A DNA stretch of 64,000 nucleotides from Eledone cirrhosa (Eukaryota), in assembly GCA_964016885.1 (NCBI GenBank), contig OZ024756.1:23250001-23314000 (forward strand), read 5' to 3'. The notes beneath the pieces were generated by a model. The model was not told the DNA's origin and searched no databases. It saw nothing but the letters and a program-made list of their open reading frames with translations. Shown here piece by piece: positions 1 through 13,024 of the stretch. Position 1 is the first letter of the stretch; every line of letters begins with the position of its first letter. The position numbers and the translations under genes were made by a program.

Positions 1-496
1 GCATTCTATCCGACGTTCTAACGACAGTCAGTTCGCCGCCACCTTCGCTGTCGATCGGAATAGAAACAGCAAAAACTACGTCTAAAACACTAACCTTCGT
101 CTTCAAAGGCAGGAAATACATCAGATTTGAACAGAGAAGCTTCTGATCCTCTACGAAGCTTGTGGCAAAACCCACAGTGAATGACCGCTTTCACATCTGC
201 GGTGATGCTTCTACACACACACACACACATACACACTTCGTCTTCAAAGACAGGAAATACATCAGATTTGAACAGAGAAGCTTCTGATCCTCTACGAAGC
301 TAGGGCAAACCCCACAGTGAACGACCGCTTTCACATCTGCGGTGATGCTCCTACACACACACACACACACACACAAAGATCTTGACCGATTCCGGAAGAA
401 TATCATTCGGTTGGTTGGCGAAGACTCTTCACCAACACATTCCAAACTAGTTGACATTCTTCCATTTTTACTGGTACTAGAACTTCATCTTGCAAA

Positions 497-1517
497 TGCA
501 CGTGGCCTAGTAGTTAGAGCGTTGGGTTCATTATCGTGAGATTTTGAGTTCGATTCCCGGACCGGCTGGTGTGTTGTGTCCTTGGGCAAGACACTTTATT
601 TCGTGTGGCTACAGTCCACTCTGTAGGAATAAAGAAGTTGCGAAGTCACTGGTGCCAAGCTGTATCGACCATTGCCTTTCCCTTGGACAACATCGGTGGC
701 GTGGAGAGGGGTGGCTGGGTGGCATGGGTGACTGCTGGTCTTCCACAAACAACCTTTATCGTGCTTGTACCCCCAACATCGGTGGCGTGGAGAGGGGTGG
801 CTGGGTGGCATGGGGGACTGCTGGTCTTCCACAAACAACCTTTATCGTGCTTGTACCCCCAACATCGGTGGCGTGGAGAGGGGTGGCTGGGTGGCATGGG
901 GGACTGCTGGTCTTCCACAAACAACCTTTATCGTGCTTGTACCCCCAACATCGGTGGCGTGGAGAGGGGTGGCTGGGTGGCATGGGGGACTGCTGGTCTT
1001 CCACAAACAACCTTTATCGTGCTTGTACCCCCAACATCGGTGGCGTGGAGAGGGGTGGCTGGGTGGCATGGGTGACTGCTGGTCTTCCACAAACAACCTT
1101 TATCGTGCTTGTACCCCCAACATCGGTGGCGTGGAGAGGGGTGGCTGGGTGGCATGGGGGACTGCTGGTCTTCCACAAACAACCTTTATCGTGCTTGTAC
1201 CCCCAACATCGGTGGCGTGGAGAGGGGTGGCTGGGTGGCATGGGTGACTGCTGGTCTTCCACAAACAACCTTTATCGTGCTTGTACCCCCAACATCGGTG
1301 GCGTGGAGAGGGGTGGCTGGGTGGCATGGGGGACTGCTGGTCTTCCACAAACAACCTTTATCGTGCTTGTACCCCCAACATCGGTGGCGTGGAGAGGGGT
1401 GGTTGGGTGGCATGGGTGACTGCTGGTCTTCCACAAACAACCTTTATCGTGCTTGTACCCCACAGAGGAAATTTCTAGATGCAAAACCCATGGACATTCG
1501 TGACCGAAGGGGGTCTT
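497..1517 (+). mobile_element. tRNA-derived CORE-type SINE with an internally amplified 86-bp segment
   Basis: A-box/B-box head (tggcctagtagttagagc...gttcgattccc), CORE-like tgtccttgggcaagacactttat, then the tail sequence resumes after the tandem array. Confidence 0.7.
688..1460. repeat. Tandem repeat, 86-bp unit x ~9
   Basis: caacatcggtggcgtggagagg recurs at 688, 774, 860 ... 1376, nearly identical. Confidence 0.97.
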
Positions 1518-1605
1518 TGCTCTTTTTCTACTCCTCGGACCTAACTACCGTTTAAGCACCTCCTACTCCTGGCACTATCTCACCTCCTCCTACTCCTGAT
1601 ACTAT

Positions 1606-1662
<57 letters not shown>

Positions 1663-1744
1663 CTCATTTACTGCGCCCTCTTCCTCAACGTTCTGCATGA
1701 ATCAGTTCTTTCAATCCTCGATAGATATTTAGGTAGGCAGATGG

Positions 1745-2710
1745 TGTGTATATATGGGGAAGTGTGTATATATTGTCTGGTGTGTATATATGGGGAAGTG
1801 TGTATATATGGGTAAGTGTGTATATATTGTCTGGTGTGTATATATGGGCAAGTGTGTATATATTGTCTGGTGTGTATATATGGGCAAGTGTGTATATATT
1901 GTCTGGTGTGTATATATGGGGAAGTGTGTATATATTGTCTGGTGTGTATATATGGGGAAGTGTGTATATATTGTCTGGTGTGTGTATATGGGGAAGTGTG
2001 TATATATGGGTAAGTGTGTATATATGGGGAAGTGTGTATATATTGTCAAGTATGAAATTTGTAGAAATGTGTTTGTTTTTCTACAAATTTCATACTTGAC
2101 GACCTAATATGTATATAGGTATGAATAGGTGTGTAGATGTGTATGTATGTATATATATATAGGTATGGGTAGATGTGTATGTATGTATATATATATAGGT
2201 ATGGGTAGATGTGTATGTATGTATATATATATAGGTAGATGGGTAGATATGTATGTATATATATAGGTAGATGGGTAGATATGTATGTATATATATAGGT
2301 AGATGGGTAGATATGTATGTATATATATATAGGTAGATGTGTATATATATATATATATATATATAGGTAGATGGGTAGATATGTATGTATATATATAGGT
2401 AGATGGGTAGATATGTATGTATATATATATAGGTAGATGGGTAGATATGTATGTATATATATATATATAGGTAGATGGGTAGATACGTATATATATATAT
2501 ATATAGGTAGATGTGTATCTATATATATATATATAGGTAGATGGGTAGATATGTATATATATATATATAGGTAGATGGGTAGATATGTATGTATATATAT
2601 ATAGGTAGATGTGTATGTATATATATAGGTAGATGGGTAGATATGTATATATATATATATAGGTAGATGGGTAGATATGTATGTATATATGTAGGTATGT
2701 ATATATGGAG
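1745..2710. repeat. Two adjacent GT/TA-rich minisatellites separated by a ~55-bp hairpin
   Basis: Units gtgtgtatatatgggnaa/gtgtgtatatattgtctg (1745-2045) and ataggtagatgggtagatatgtat (2110-2710). Confidence 0.9.
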
Positions 2711-2874
2711 ATAGGTAGGGACTGCAGTAAATATATAGGATTCCCACTGAACATTTTCAGCACACACCACCACTACACTGTAGCCTATACACTGCACTAT
2801 GGCACTGAACATACTATAAGCTACACTACAGTACACACCACCACTACACTACGTCACACAGACTACACTTTATA

Positions 2875-2915
<41 letters not shown>

Positions 2916-3169
2916 ATTTAAAACTGCACTATTCACAAGTGTGTTTTAGCCTTCATATCATGTCTCCCTATTTTATCTGACGAAAACGCAAATGTTATTG
3001 CATGATGATATTTGTTTTTGAAATGCGCATAACAAAATACATGGAACTCTTTTAACCATCTTTTGATCTTATATATTATTATTTATACTCCAGTCCTACA
3101 AACTGTAGAGTGCTACTTATCCGATATCTGCATTGCTTTATTGTACTACAATAAAACTCACCTCCTACC

Positions 3170-3215
<46 letters not shown>

Positions 3216-3217
<2 letters not shown>

Positions 3218-3594
3218 AACGAGTAGGAGCCCGACGGCTGAGCTCAAGCCGTTTCGACGGCTAATTCTGGACTGAGTCCAGAATTAGCCGTCGGGGGCCT
3301 ACTCGTTCCTATTACCCACTCTACCACCCTAAGTATTGAGTACTTTGGTGCGTTATGGTCCACCTGGTTCCTTACCACATTTCTTCCGATATATATATAT
3401 ATATATATATATAACGAAGGAAATGTGGTAAGGAACCAGGTGGACCATAACGCACCAAAGTACTCAATACTTAGGGTAGCAGAGTGGGTAATAGGAACAA
3501 GTAAGACCCCGACGGCTGAGCTCAAGCCGTTTCCACGGCTAATTCTGTACAGAATTAGCCGTCGAAACGGCTTGAGCTCAGCCGTCGGGTTCTT

Positions 3595-3599
<5 letters not shown>
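3216..3599. mobile_element. Two copies of fold-back (TA)n-embedded element family F1 (Penelope-like/retrozyme terminus)
   Basis: Shared ~140-bp sequence ataacgaaggaaatgtggtaaggaaccaggtggaccataacgcacc...ccgacggctgagctcaagccgtttcgacggctaattct with an inverted partial copy, flanked by (TA)n or (TC)n. Confidence 0.75.
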
Positions 3600-3681
<82 letters not shown>

Positions 3682-3683
<2 letters not shown>

Positions 3684-3900
3684 GGCTCGTGGCTGAGCGA
3701 TTAGAGAATTGGATTCACAATCTTGAGGTTGCGGGCTCGATTCCTGGACCGGGTGATGCGTTATGTCCTTGAGCAAGACACTTTATTTCACGTTGCTCCT
3801 TTTACCTGGAGTTGCGACCGATAGATAGTAATAGCAATTGGAAAGATTCATGGAAACATTGTTTCCTCGGTCCGGTTTGACCTAAGTCGATCGACTGACT
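3682..3900 (+). mobile_element. CORE-type tRNA SINE (near-identical relative at 29280-29495)
   Basis: tRNA-like head plus tgtccttgagcaagacactttatttcacgttgctcc. Confidence 0.75.
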
Positions 3901-4328
3901 ATATATATATATATATATATTTCGTTTCTGAATTTGTTTAGTACGATTCTTTATCTGAAAACCAACCAACCGGAAATTTATAAATTTGTTTAATTTATAA
4001 TTTTATTTATAATAAATTGGAGTGAAAGCAATTGGTGCTGTGTTTCTTATTAGCAACATGACCCTCCCAAAGTATAACAATATATATAAATATATATATA
4101 TATATATAAACATGAGAAGAAAGAAGAATACTGCGTGGTTTCACATGGGTTACATATGATAAAAATAGTCCTTCGTCAGTGATTTTCCAACCATCATTGG
4201 TATTTCATCGCATTAAAAATCATATACCTCAGGTTGGTGCGAGCAATAACCAAAAAACGTTATTGGGACCAGTAAATCGTGTAAAGCGAGGGGGACAAGT
4301 GAACAACATAGAAGGAATAAAGCTGAAG

Positions 4329-4368
<40 letters not shown>

Positions 4369-4586
4369 TGCACAACACTACCACAGTACTACATATGTAT
4401 GTATATACCAAATAGATAAATATCACCTACCTTCAGTTGTCATGTAAACCTAGGAACAATGTATTGACTTATGACATAAACTTACTACTATTACTACATT
4501 TATTACTACTACTACTATAATTATTATTACTAGTACTAATATACCTACTACTACTATATCTACTACCACCGCCACTACTACTACTG

Positions 4587-4618
<32 letters not shown>

Positions 4619-4833
4619 GTTGCCGGTTGTGTTTTGTTTAAGGCGCCTGCTGTTTCGCCTCAGCAATCACGAACATAATAAGCTAACAACTTCAACTGAT
4701 TATTAATTTTATTATGGTATATCTACTACAACCGCCACTCATAATCGAGTAAAACTTGGTAGTTTGTAGTATGTACGATGCTTTCTCGGGAAGGGGGGGT
4801 TTTAGGTACCCATGCAGTCGCGGACAACATTAT

Positions 4834-4868
<35 letters not shown>

Positions 4869-4926
4869 ATCTGGTAGAATATCAAAGATGTAACAGCTAG
4901 AGGGGGAGAGAGAAGAGGTTGGGGGA

Positions 4927-5490
4927 TACTTTATCGACCACGAAAGGCTGAAAGTCAAAGGAAAGCAGGACTGGGGAGGGATTTTGGAGTTGAAACGCTG
5001 AAACCCGGAACAAATAGGGGCTAACCTAACACTCAAGTTGTACTTACTTTATCGACCATGAAAGGCTGAAAGTCAAAGGAAAGCAGGACTGGGGAGGGAT
5101 TTTGGAGTTGAAACGCTGAAACCCGGAACAAATAGGGGCTAACCTAACACTCAAGTTGTACTTACTTTATCGACCACGAAAGGCTGAAAGTCAAAGGAAA
5201 GCAGGACTGGGGAGGGATTTTGAAGTTGAAACGCTGAAACCCGGAACAAATAGGGGCTAACCTAACACTCAAGTTGTACTTACTTTATCGACCATGAAAG
5301 GCTGAAAGTCAAAGGAAAGCAGGACTGGGGAGGGATTTTGGAGTTGAAACGCTGAAACCCGGAACAAATAGGGGCTAACCTAACACTCAAGTTGTACTTA
5401 CTTTATCGACCATGAAAGGCTGAAAGTTAAAGGCAAGGTGGACTACAGGCGGATTTTGGACTTGAAATGCTGAAACTCGGAACAAATACA
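4927..5490. repeat. Tandem repeat, 118-bp unit x ~4.7, derived from a minus-strand SINE segment
   Basis: tactttatcgacc at 4927, 5045, 5163, 5281, 5399. The unit resembles the SINE segment ttatcgacccc-gaaaggatgaaaggcaaag. Confidence 0.9.
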
Positions 5491-5539
5491 GAACGCTCTA
5501 GTGACTCTGCCGAATTGACAGCCTATCGCATTCATACAC

Positions 5540-6140
5540 TGCCCGGGCGTTACCGACCTGTGGGGCTTGTAGAACGACTATTGTCGCGGGTGGGATCAAT
5601 CCGGTTGACCACCGAGTCCATTGTCATGATCAAACCGCCACCCTCCTTCAAAAACGAAGGAGAAGCGGTTTTCCTTTGTGTGATAGCTATGGCGAAAGAG
5701 GTTGTATGGTGGACGAAGTTAAAAGGACTGAGGTCAGACACCTTTCTCTCCGGCCAACAACTGATTCTTTTTTTCAAATACCACTTTGGAAGAAGAATCA
5801 GGATGGAGAGAGAGGTGCTGTACCCCAGCAAGTTTTATGAAAGGTGGGTGAAAGTGGCGAGAATGGCCCGAGTGAATGGACCTTCTCTCTATATCAGCCT
5901 GTAGGTTGAGGAAAAAGAGGAAGAGAGGAAAAGGGGTACAAACTCTTCGTACTCCTGGAGATGAGGGTTGCACATTTTTTCGCGGGTATGTGTTACCCAT
6001 ATGAACTGTCTCCCCCTATTGAGGAAAATCGATTAACTTTTAAATTGCATTTGTGATAGTACTTTACATGTTTTTATTGTATGTAAACTTCCCCCTTTGT
6101 ATTTGTCCCCTTCTTTTGTGCCTCTGTGGCTAATAAAGAA
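5540..6140 (+). mobile_element. 3' fragment of a Tx1/L1-clade LINE (ORF2 C-terminus plus 3' UTR)
   Basis: Translation VFLCVIAMAKEVVWWTKLKG...FFKYHFGRRIRMERE...FYERWV resembles the AK-x-x-x-W...ER...F-x-x-x-W C-terminal pattern of Tx1-like ORF2. AATAAA at ~6133. Confidence 0.55.
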
Positions 6141-6389
6141 ACATATCTTATAACTAATAGTAATGAAAATAATAATTGTTTCTACTTTAGGCATAACGCC
6201 AGCAATTACCCAGTGCATTACTGGTACTTTATTGTAATGAAAATAATAATGTTCTACATATATAAATGGATTGGGGGGGGGGGGGCAAGAAACAGATGAT
6301 GGAATTGGTCTCAATAATTGACCAGGTCTGATGCTACCGGTCAGAAGAGTTGAGAGATAAATCCCAACTCGAACTCAACCAAAGATACG

Positions 6390-7042
6390 ATGGTAGTAGA
6401 AGTAATAGTAAAGGTGGTGAAGTTAGTAGAGGTGGTGGAGTTTGTAGAGGTGGTGGTAGAGGTAGAGGTGGGAGTAGTGGTGGTAGTAGTAGGAGTCGTG
6501 GTGGTGGTGGCGGTGGTGGCGGTGGCGGTGTTGTTGATGATGGTGGTGGTGGTAGTAGTGATGGTGGGGGTAGTAGAGGTGGTGGAGTTGGTAGGGGTGG
6601 GAGTAGTAGTAGTAGTAGTATGGGTGGCGGAGGTAGTAGTCGTGGTGGAGATAGTAGAGGTGGTGGTGGTGATAGTATTGATGGTGGAAGTAGTAGAGGT
6701 GGTGGAGATAGGGGTGGGAGTAGAGTGGTAGTAGTGGTAGGGGTGGTAGAAGTGGTAGGGGTGGGAGTAGAGTGGTAGAAGTGGTAGGGGTGGGAGTAGA
6801 GTGGTAGAAGTGGTATGGGTGGTGGTGGTGGTGGTAGTGATGGTGGAAGTAGTAGAGGTGGTGGAGATAGTGGAGGTGGGAGAAGAGAGGTAGTAGTGGT
6901 AGGGGTGGTGGAGGTAGTAGAGGAGGTGGTGGTGGTAGTAGTGGTGGAGGTAGTAGAGGTGGTAGAAGTAGTAGAGGTAGCGGTGGTGGAAGTAGTAGAG
7001 GTAGTGGAAGTAGTAGAGGTAGTGGTGGTGGTGGTAGTGATG
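6390..7042. repeat. (GGT/AGT/GTA)n-derived low-complexity repeat
   Basis: Degenerate trinucleotide array. Confidence 0.95.
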
Positions 7043-7526
7043 GCAGGGAATTGTTAGCCACAAGAGTAACAAATGTGAATACACGATTATTTTGGAAAGA
7101 CCCTGTATGTATGTATGTATGCCTTTGTCAAGGCAGAATTCTAGGAGAAGGAAAACTCTGATATAACACCTGCAAACTTGATGATATCCAATGATGTTGA
7201 CTTGTTCTTCTTTTTGGTAAATATCATCTTGGTTAAGAGAGTGGGACTGGCTTTGTGCAGTGCCTTTGCTCACTATAAAAGCTTCACGGCACAGGCATTG
7301 CTTTATATCTGGAGATCTCTCTGCACTTGTCGTCACATGGTACCATGGGCCCAGCACTATGTGTCAATAATTGTCACAAGTGTAGTGTTTGTACCAAAGT
7401 TTTCAAGTCGCTGGCTGGACTAAAAAGTCACACTCGTTCAGCACATCGGTAGGGGTTCTCCTACATGGATATAAAGTAGTGGCCGTACTCGAAAACGAGT
7501 TGGCAGCCACCACATATATATATATA

Positions 7527-7745
7527 TAACAAAGAAGATGTGGTAAGAAACCAGGGGGACCGTAAGAAACCAGGGGGACCATAACGCACCAGGGTACTCG
7601 ATACTTGGGGTAGTAGAGTGGGTAATAGGGAAAAGAGTCAGGACCCCGACAGTCCTGAATCTTTTCATATTACCCACTCTACTACCCTAAGTGTCGAGTA
7701 CTCTGGTGCTTTATAGTCCATCTGGTTCCTTACCACATCGTCTCT
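7527..7745. mobile_element. Family F1 fold-back copy
   Basis: gtggtaagaaaccagg...gggtaata followed by its reverse complement tattaccc...ggttccttaccac. Confidence 0.7.
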
Positions 7746-7746
7746 G

Positions 7747-7843
<97 letters not shown>

Positions 7844-7957
7844 TGCGCATGTCTATTATGTCTGTGTGTATTATATATATGTGTATGTCTGTATGTGTGT
7901 GTGTATATTATAAATATATATATGTGTGTGTATGTCTGTATGTGTGTGTGTGTATAT

Positions 7958-7994
<37 letters not shown>

Positions 7995-8446
7995 CTGTGT
8001 AATTAATAGTGCGCGACGCATCAGTTTTGGGATGACTTAAGGCATAAGGTATACTTTATTAACAAACATATAATACAACTTTAGTTTGAAAGACAAAAAG
8101 AAGGGGCGGTTACCCTACACCTTTATTTGAGAAGAGGGGATCGGGCAAAAAAGGGAAAATTGATCTGAATGGTTTCTGGTCATGTTAAACCTTCATCGGA
8201 TATCGATTAGTGATCTTCTGCCCACATATAGATTGATAGCTTCTAACTATAGTATACATAAACTCAGGCAGAGCTTGACTAATGCCTGTAGTTTATGTAA
8301 CAGCGCATGCGTTAATAACTAGATTTATTCATTCATTTTTATTTCTTTGTAAGTGGTCTAACGACAAACACACGCATGCTCCGACAAACACACGCATGCT
8401 CCGACAAACACACGCATGCTCCCACAACCACGTACACACTTATCTA

Positions 8447-9741
8447 CCGTGTTTCCTCTATTATAAGACAAGTCTGATATTTGTTTCCCCTTTGGGGCGG
8501 TTGATTGGCAGTATCGGTAGAGGGTCGGACGCCATGCTTTACCACATAGAGTTACGGCCCATTATGATCTGAGTTCAAATACCGCCGAGGTTAACTTTGC
8601 CTTTCATCCTTATTGGATCGATAAAATAAACTACCAGTCACGCACTCGGCTTGATTTAATTGACTTTCCCCTCCTCCCAAATTCCTAGCCTTGTGTCTAT
8701 ATAAGAAACTATATTTTTCCCTTTTAAAAAAAAGACCCTAGGTTTTATTTTCGAGGTAAGGCTTATATGATACTTTTACACAAAAAATAACAGCACAAGA
8801 GTTTTTATAAAAATATCATTATCCCGATATTAAACATAAAGTATATATATTGTAGAGTTAAAAACAATATTATTAAAATAATTCATAATTGTTTCTACTT
8901 TAGGCACAAGGCCAGCAATTACCCAGTGCATTACTGGTACTTTATTTTATCGGCCCCGTAAGGATGAAAGGCAAAGTCAACCTCGGCGGGATTTGAACTC
9001 AGATCGTAAAGGGACGTAACTATGCTGGAAAGCATGGCGTCCGACCCTCTACCGATACTGCCAATCCACCGAATGAATTAAAATAATTCATAATATTAGT
9101 TATCAGCAAGAATTTGGAAATCTGCATTTTATATTATTTTTATATTATTGTTATATTAATTTTTCTCGCAAAAATGAGCTGGGGCTTATTTTGGGGGTAG
9201 GGCTTCTAATGGACAGCAACATAAAACTCATACTAGTATTTATTTTAGGGTTAAGATTTGAAGGTGCATGGCTTAGTGGTTAGAGCATTGGGCTTGCAAT
9301 CGAAAGATTGTGAGTTCGATCCTCGCACCGGGTGTTGTGTTGTGTCCTTGAGCAAGACACTTTATTTTACGTTGCTCCAGTTTACTCAGCTGTAGAAATG
9401 AGTTGCGATCCTGCCAAATCAGGGTGGCAGTAGTTCCAGCTGCACACATCGAAAGATTGGTGTAGTGGTTCTGAGAACAATGCGGCTTTGCAGATGATTA
9501 ACGTAAATTGACAATGGAAAGACGTTCCCGCTCGAGTTAGAAGAGAACTCTTGACCTTCAGGAGAAGCAGCGACCCCTGATTGTATTCAGCAACCGAAAC
9601 AAATATGAAGTACACCAAATCCAATGCTCCTAGGGGCGGCCCTGTTTCTTCTTATTTGCGAGTGTAAACTCGGCCAGATTAAATTAGGATAGAAACATAA
9701 AAAGCATGCCTAGGTTTATTTTGGAGTAGGGGAAAACACGA
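8447..9741. mobile_element. Non-autonomous Tc1/mariner (pogo/Tigger-like) element carrying nested SINEs
   Basis: Terminal inverted ends ta|ccgtgtttcc...ggaaaacacg|ata and internal cttattttggggtaggg subrepeats. SINEs are nested at ~8495-8715 (+), 8886-9071 (-) and 9260-9420 (+). Confidence 0.5.
8886..9071 (-). mobile_element. tRNA-derived SINE family A (~190 bp)
   Basis: Reverse complement of ggtggattggcagtatcggtagagggtcggacgcc...gagttcaaatcccgccgagg...gtagaaacaatta. ~18-bp TSD attaaaataattcataat. Confidence 0.9.
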
Positions 9742-10744
9742 TATATCTATATCTCTATATATTACAACCAAAACGTCAGTAACATTGTAGTTTTTTCTTT
9801 GTAAAATTAAATCTATATATTTATAGGTATTCAGTTCTCATTCTGTAGATATTGAACATTTCTTACGCATTTATTTAATTAATCAATTTAAACGTACGTA
9901 TAGAACTAGTGAGTCATGACAGATTATAGGAAGTGCCTAGTACTTCTGACAGTTGAGAAACAAAAAAAAAACAAGATAGCGATAAGTGGATATAAAAAAA
10001 TAATAAAATTAAATTAAATATGGAAGACCAACGGGAGATAAAATAAGCTTTAAAAAAAAGATAAAGAAAAAATGTAAAACAAAGGAAACTGTAAAGCAGA
10101 TAGACGTATCTGTTGTTGAGTCTTTTCGTAACTTCCATGTATGATTATATATAAAGCTTATACGTGTATAAATGTCTGTTTATCTGTCTGTGTCTGTGTC
10201 TGTATCTGTGTGTGTGTGTGTGTGGATTGAATGATTGTATTGGGTAGTCAAGTATGAAATTTGTAGAAAAACAGAAATTTCTACAAATTTCATACTTGAC
10301 GCCCAAATATTAAGAGTACACAACGACTGTCTGCGGAATACTCGGTCATTACAATGTTTCACGAGTATGGATTCAATAGATCGAACAACTGAATGGCCAT
10401 CCTCGAAACCGACGGAAAACGCTGCACTAGTTGGATTCTCTTACAGACAGAAGGGGGGTGGTCTAACGGAATAGCTTTGCTTACACGGCTGCTCGGTTGT
10501 GGGTTGGTCTGGGAGGTACACAGCAATAAAAGTAATGTAAATGTAAAGAGAACTAATTAACCACAGAAGCATGACTTCGCCGATATAGCCTGAAATTAAG
10601 ATAATTGTTTTTTTTCTTTTAATTTATCTATATTCCTTTCAGCTGTTAGACCCATATGCTCTCTCAAGTAGTACTCACAGCAACGCTAGTAATATTTTCT
10701 TTTGCTGATATTTAGAGCGGGTTGTTGGTTGGGTTTACGAAGTA

Positions 10745-11005
10745 TGAGTCAGAAAATATGGATGTCTGAGTCAGGAATTATGGATGTCTGAGTCAGGAAT
10801 TATGGATGCCTGAGTCAGGAATTATGGATGTCTGAGTCAGAAATTGTGGATGTCTGAGTCAGGAATTGTGGATGTCTGAGTGTCTGAGTCATGGATTATG
10901 GATTTCTGAGTCATGAATTATGGATGTCTGAGTCAGGAATTATGGATGTCTGAGTAAGGAATTATGAATGTCTGAGTAAGGAAATATGGACGTCTGAGTA
11001 AGGAA
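10745..11005. repeat. 22-bp minisatellite
   Basis: Unit tgagtcaggaattatggatgtc. Confidence 0.92.
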
Positions 11006-11014
11006 ATATATGTC

Positions 11015-11335
11015 TGTCCAGGTGGGAGTCTTGTACCCTCAGTCGCTCCACGCCACGGAAACCGGGCTAAGTATCGGTCTGATGAGCATCCGAGCTTGAG
11101 ACACACTTTAACCTTGCGATGGCCTGGCACCCTGTTCAGGTGGGAGTCGTGTACTCTCAGTCGCTTCACGGAAACCGGGCTAAACACTAGCCATATGAGC
11201 ATCCGAGCTCGAGACACATTTTAACCCTGCAATGGCCTGGCACCCTGTCGAGGTGGGAGCTTTGTACTCTCAGTCGCTTCACGCCACGGAAACCGGACTA
11301 AGAACCAGCCTGATGTGCATCAGGTCTCGGGACTG
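11015..11335 (+). repeat. Three tandem ~115-bp copies of a SINE tail segment
   Basis: aggtgggagtcttgtactctcagtcgcttcacgccacggaaaccgg x3. Matches the tail of the minus-strand SINE at 29840-30182. Confidence 0.75.
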
Positions 11336-12197
11336 ACTTGAGCAACTTCGTGCGAGTTGTGTTCTATTCTATGTTTTGTTACTTTATCAAATATTTATTA
11401 TATAGAACAGATGCTGTGTGTGTGAAGGCTGTTTTATGAGTTGTGCTATGTAACACATGTTTTACGTGAGATGTGACCTGTTCCAGGCAACACCATTTTT
11501 TCCATAGTATTGGAAACCGTATTATGGTTTCTATATTTTTATTCACATTTTTTTAATCATATCTCGTGTTCCAATTGTTATTGGCACTGTTTTTGTCTTC
11601 ACGCCTTATATGGTGTACATTTCAATTTCATATTATAATAATTATTATTATACACAGAATGTAATTACAAAAGCTCGCCAAAAGAAGCTGAAAACCTGCA
11701 GGGACCTGAAGGACATTGACAAAAATGTGGTACTATAAGAAAAACATTCGAAAAAGATGATGATGATGATGATGATGATGCTAACGATAGGATGAAGATT
11801 ACTATTATTATTACTATTATTATTACTATAATCATTTCTACTACTACTACTATTACTACTGCTGCTACCATATTTGTTGTTGTTGTAAATGTTATGTGTG
11901 GTTGATGTATTCATAAAATACGCTAAAGGGAGAAATGCGCCATATTTAAACTACTGTATCATTATACTAAATCTCTCACTGCACTACCACTACACCTACA
12001 ACTACCTCCAACATATTGCTACAGGCATTACATTGCGGTACATATTAACTACAAACCTGTGTGGGTCTCGCTCTCTCTACCCATCTCTCTCCCTCCCTCT
12101 TTTTCCAACATTTTCTTTAATCCCCTCTCGTTCACAATCTTTACATCTCTTACTTATTCACCTTCTCTGCCCTTATATTCTCTTACTCATATGAACT

Positions 12198-12485
12198 TGG
12201 ATTGGCAGTATATCGGTAGAGGGTCGGACGCCAAGCTTTGACGCATAGAGTTACGGCCCTTGCCATTCTGAGTTCAAATCCCGCCGAGGTTAACTTTGCC
12301 TTTCATCCTTACGGGGTCGATAAAATAAAGTACCAGTAATGTACTGGCGTAGTTGCTGGCCTTGTGTCAAAAGTAGAAACAATGATTATAGAGTTATCAC
12401 CCTTTACGTTCTGGGTTCAAATCCCGCCGTGGTTAACTTTATCTTTCATCCTTACGGGGTCGATAAAATAAAGTACCAGTAACGC
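12198..12485 (+). mobile_element. SINE family A plus a partial second copy
   Basis: Consensus match to 37636-37823. Confidence 0.85.
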
Positions 12486-12497
12486 ACTGTAACGCAC

Positions 12498-12686
12498 AGC
12501 TCGAGGCACGATCGATTTGATGATCGAACCTGACTCTGAAAATCTGACGTATCTGAGGACGCTGCGATTTTCAGAGTCAGGTTCGATCATCAAATCGATC
12601 GTGCCTCGAGCTGGTCGCCAGAGAAACGATTGTAATATGTCCAATAAATTCCATTCGTCGCAACACTGATTCTCTTTTTATCTGTG
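12498..12686 (+). mobile_element. Fold-back element ending in a hammerhead 3' half (GAAAC-GATT-GTA), AATAAA and (TA)n
   Basis: ~47-bp inverted arms (gctcgaggcacgatcg...cgatcgtgcctcgagc). Related sequences at 29555-29712, 31170-31290 and 52520-52680 (-). Confidence 0.6.
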
Positions 12687-12700
12687 ATATATATATATTT

Positions 12701-13024
12701 ATCTTTACGTCGTTTGGAAGCCTCGACAATGCAAATGGGTAAATCTCCGGGTAACAAGGTCCGGTGGTGGAGAGAGAGATGTAAGTGGGTGTACGTTGAG
12801 ATGCGTGGTGTGTATAAGATGTGTTATACTCTTCCCTTCATTCTACACATCTCACACATCTTATACACACCACGCATCTCAACGTACACCCACTTACATC
12901 TCTCTCTCCACCACCGGACCTTGTTACCCGGAGATTTACCCATTTGCATTGTCGAGGCTTCCAAACGACTTAAAGATATTTACTTATTGTTCCACAATGC
13001 TTCAAGCAAACTTCAATACTCTCA
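12701..13024. mobile_element. Fold-back element: ~125-bp inverted arms plus a one-sided tail, in (TA)n
   Basis: 12701-12825 is the reverse complement of ~12853-12979. Tail runs to 13024. Confidence 0.8.

Noticed and set aside
544-1555. Overlapping ORFs up to 291 aa
   Set aside because: They arise from an 86-bp tandem repeat inside a SINE; the unit length is not a multiple of three.
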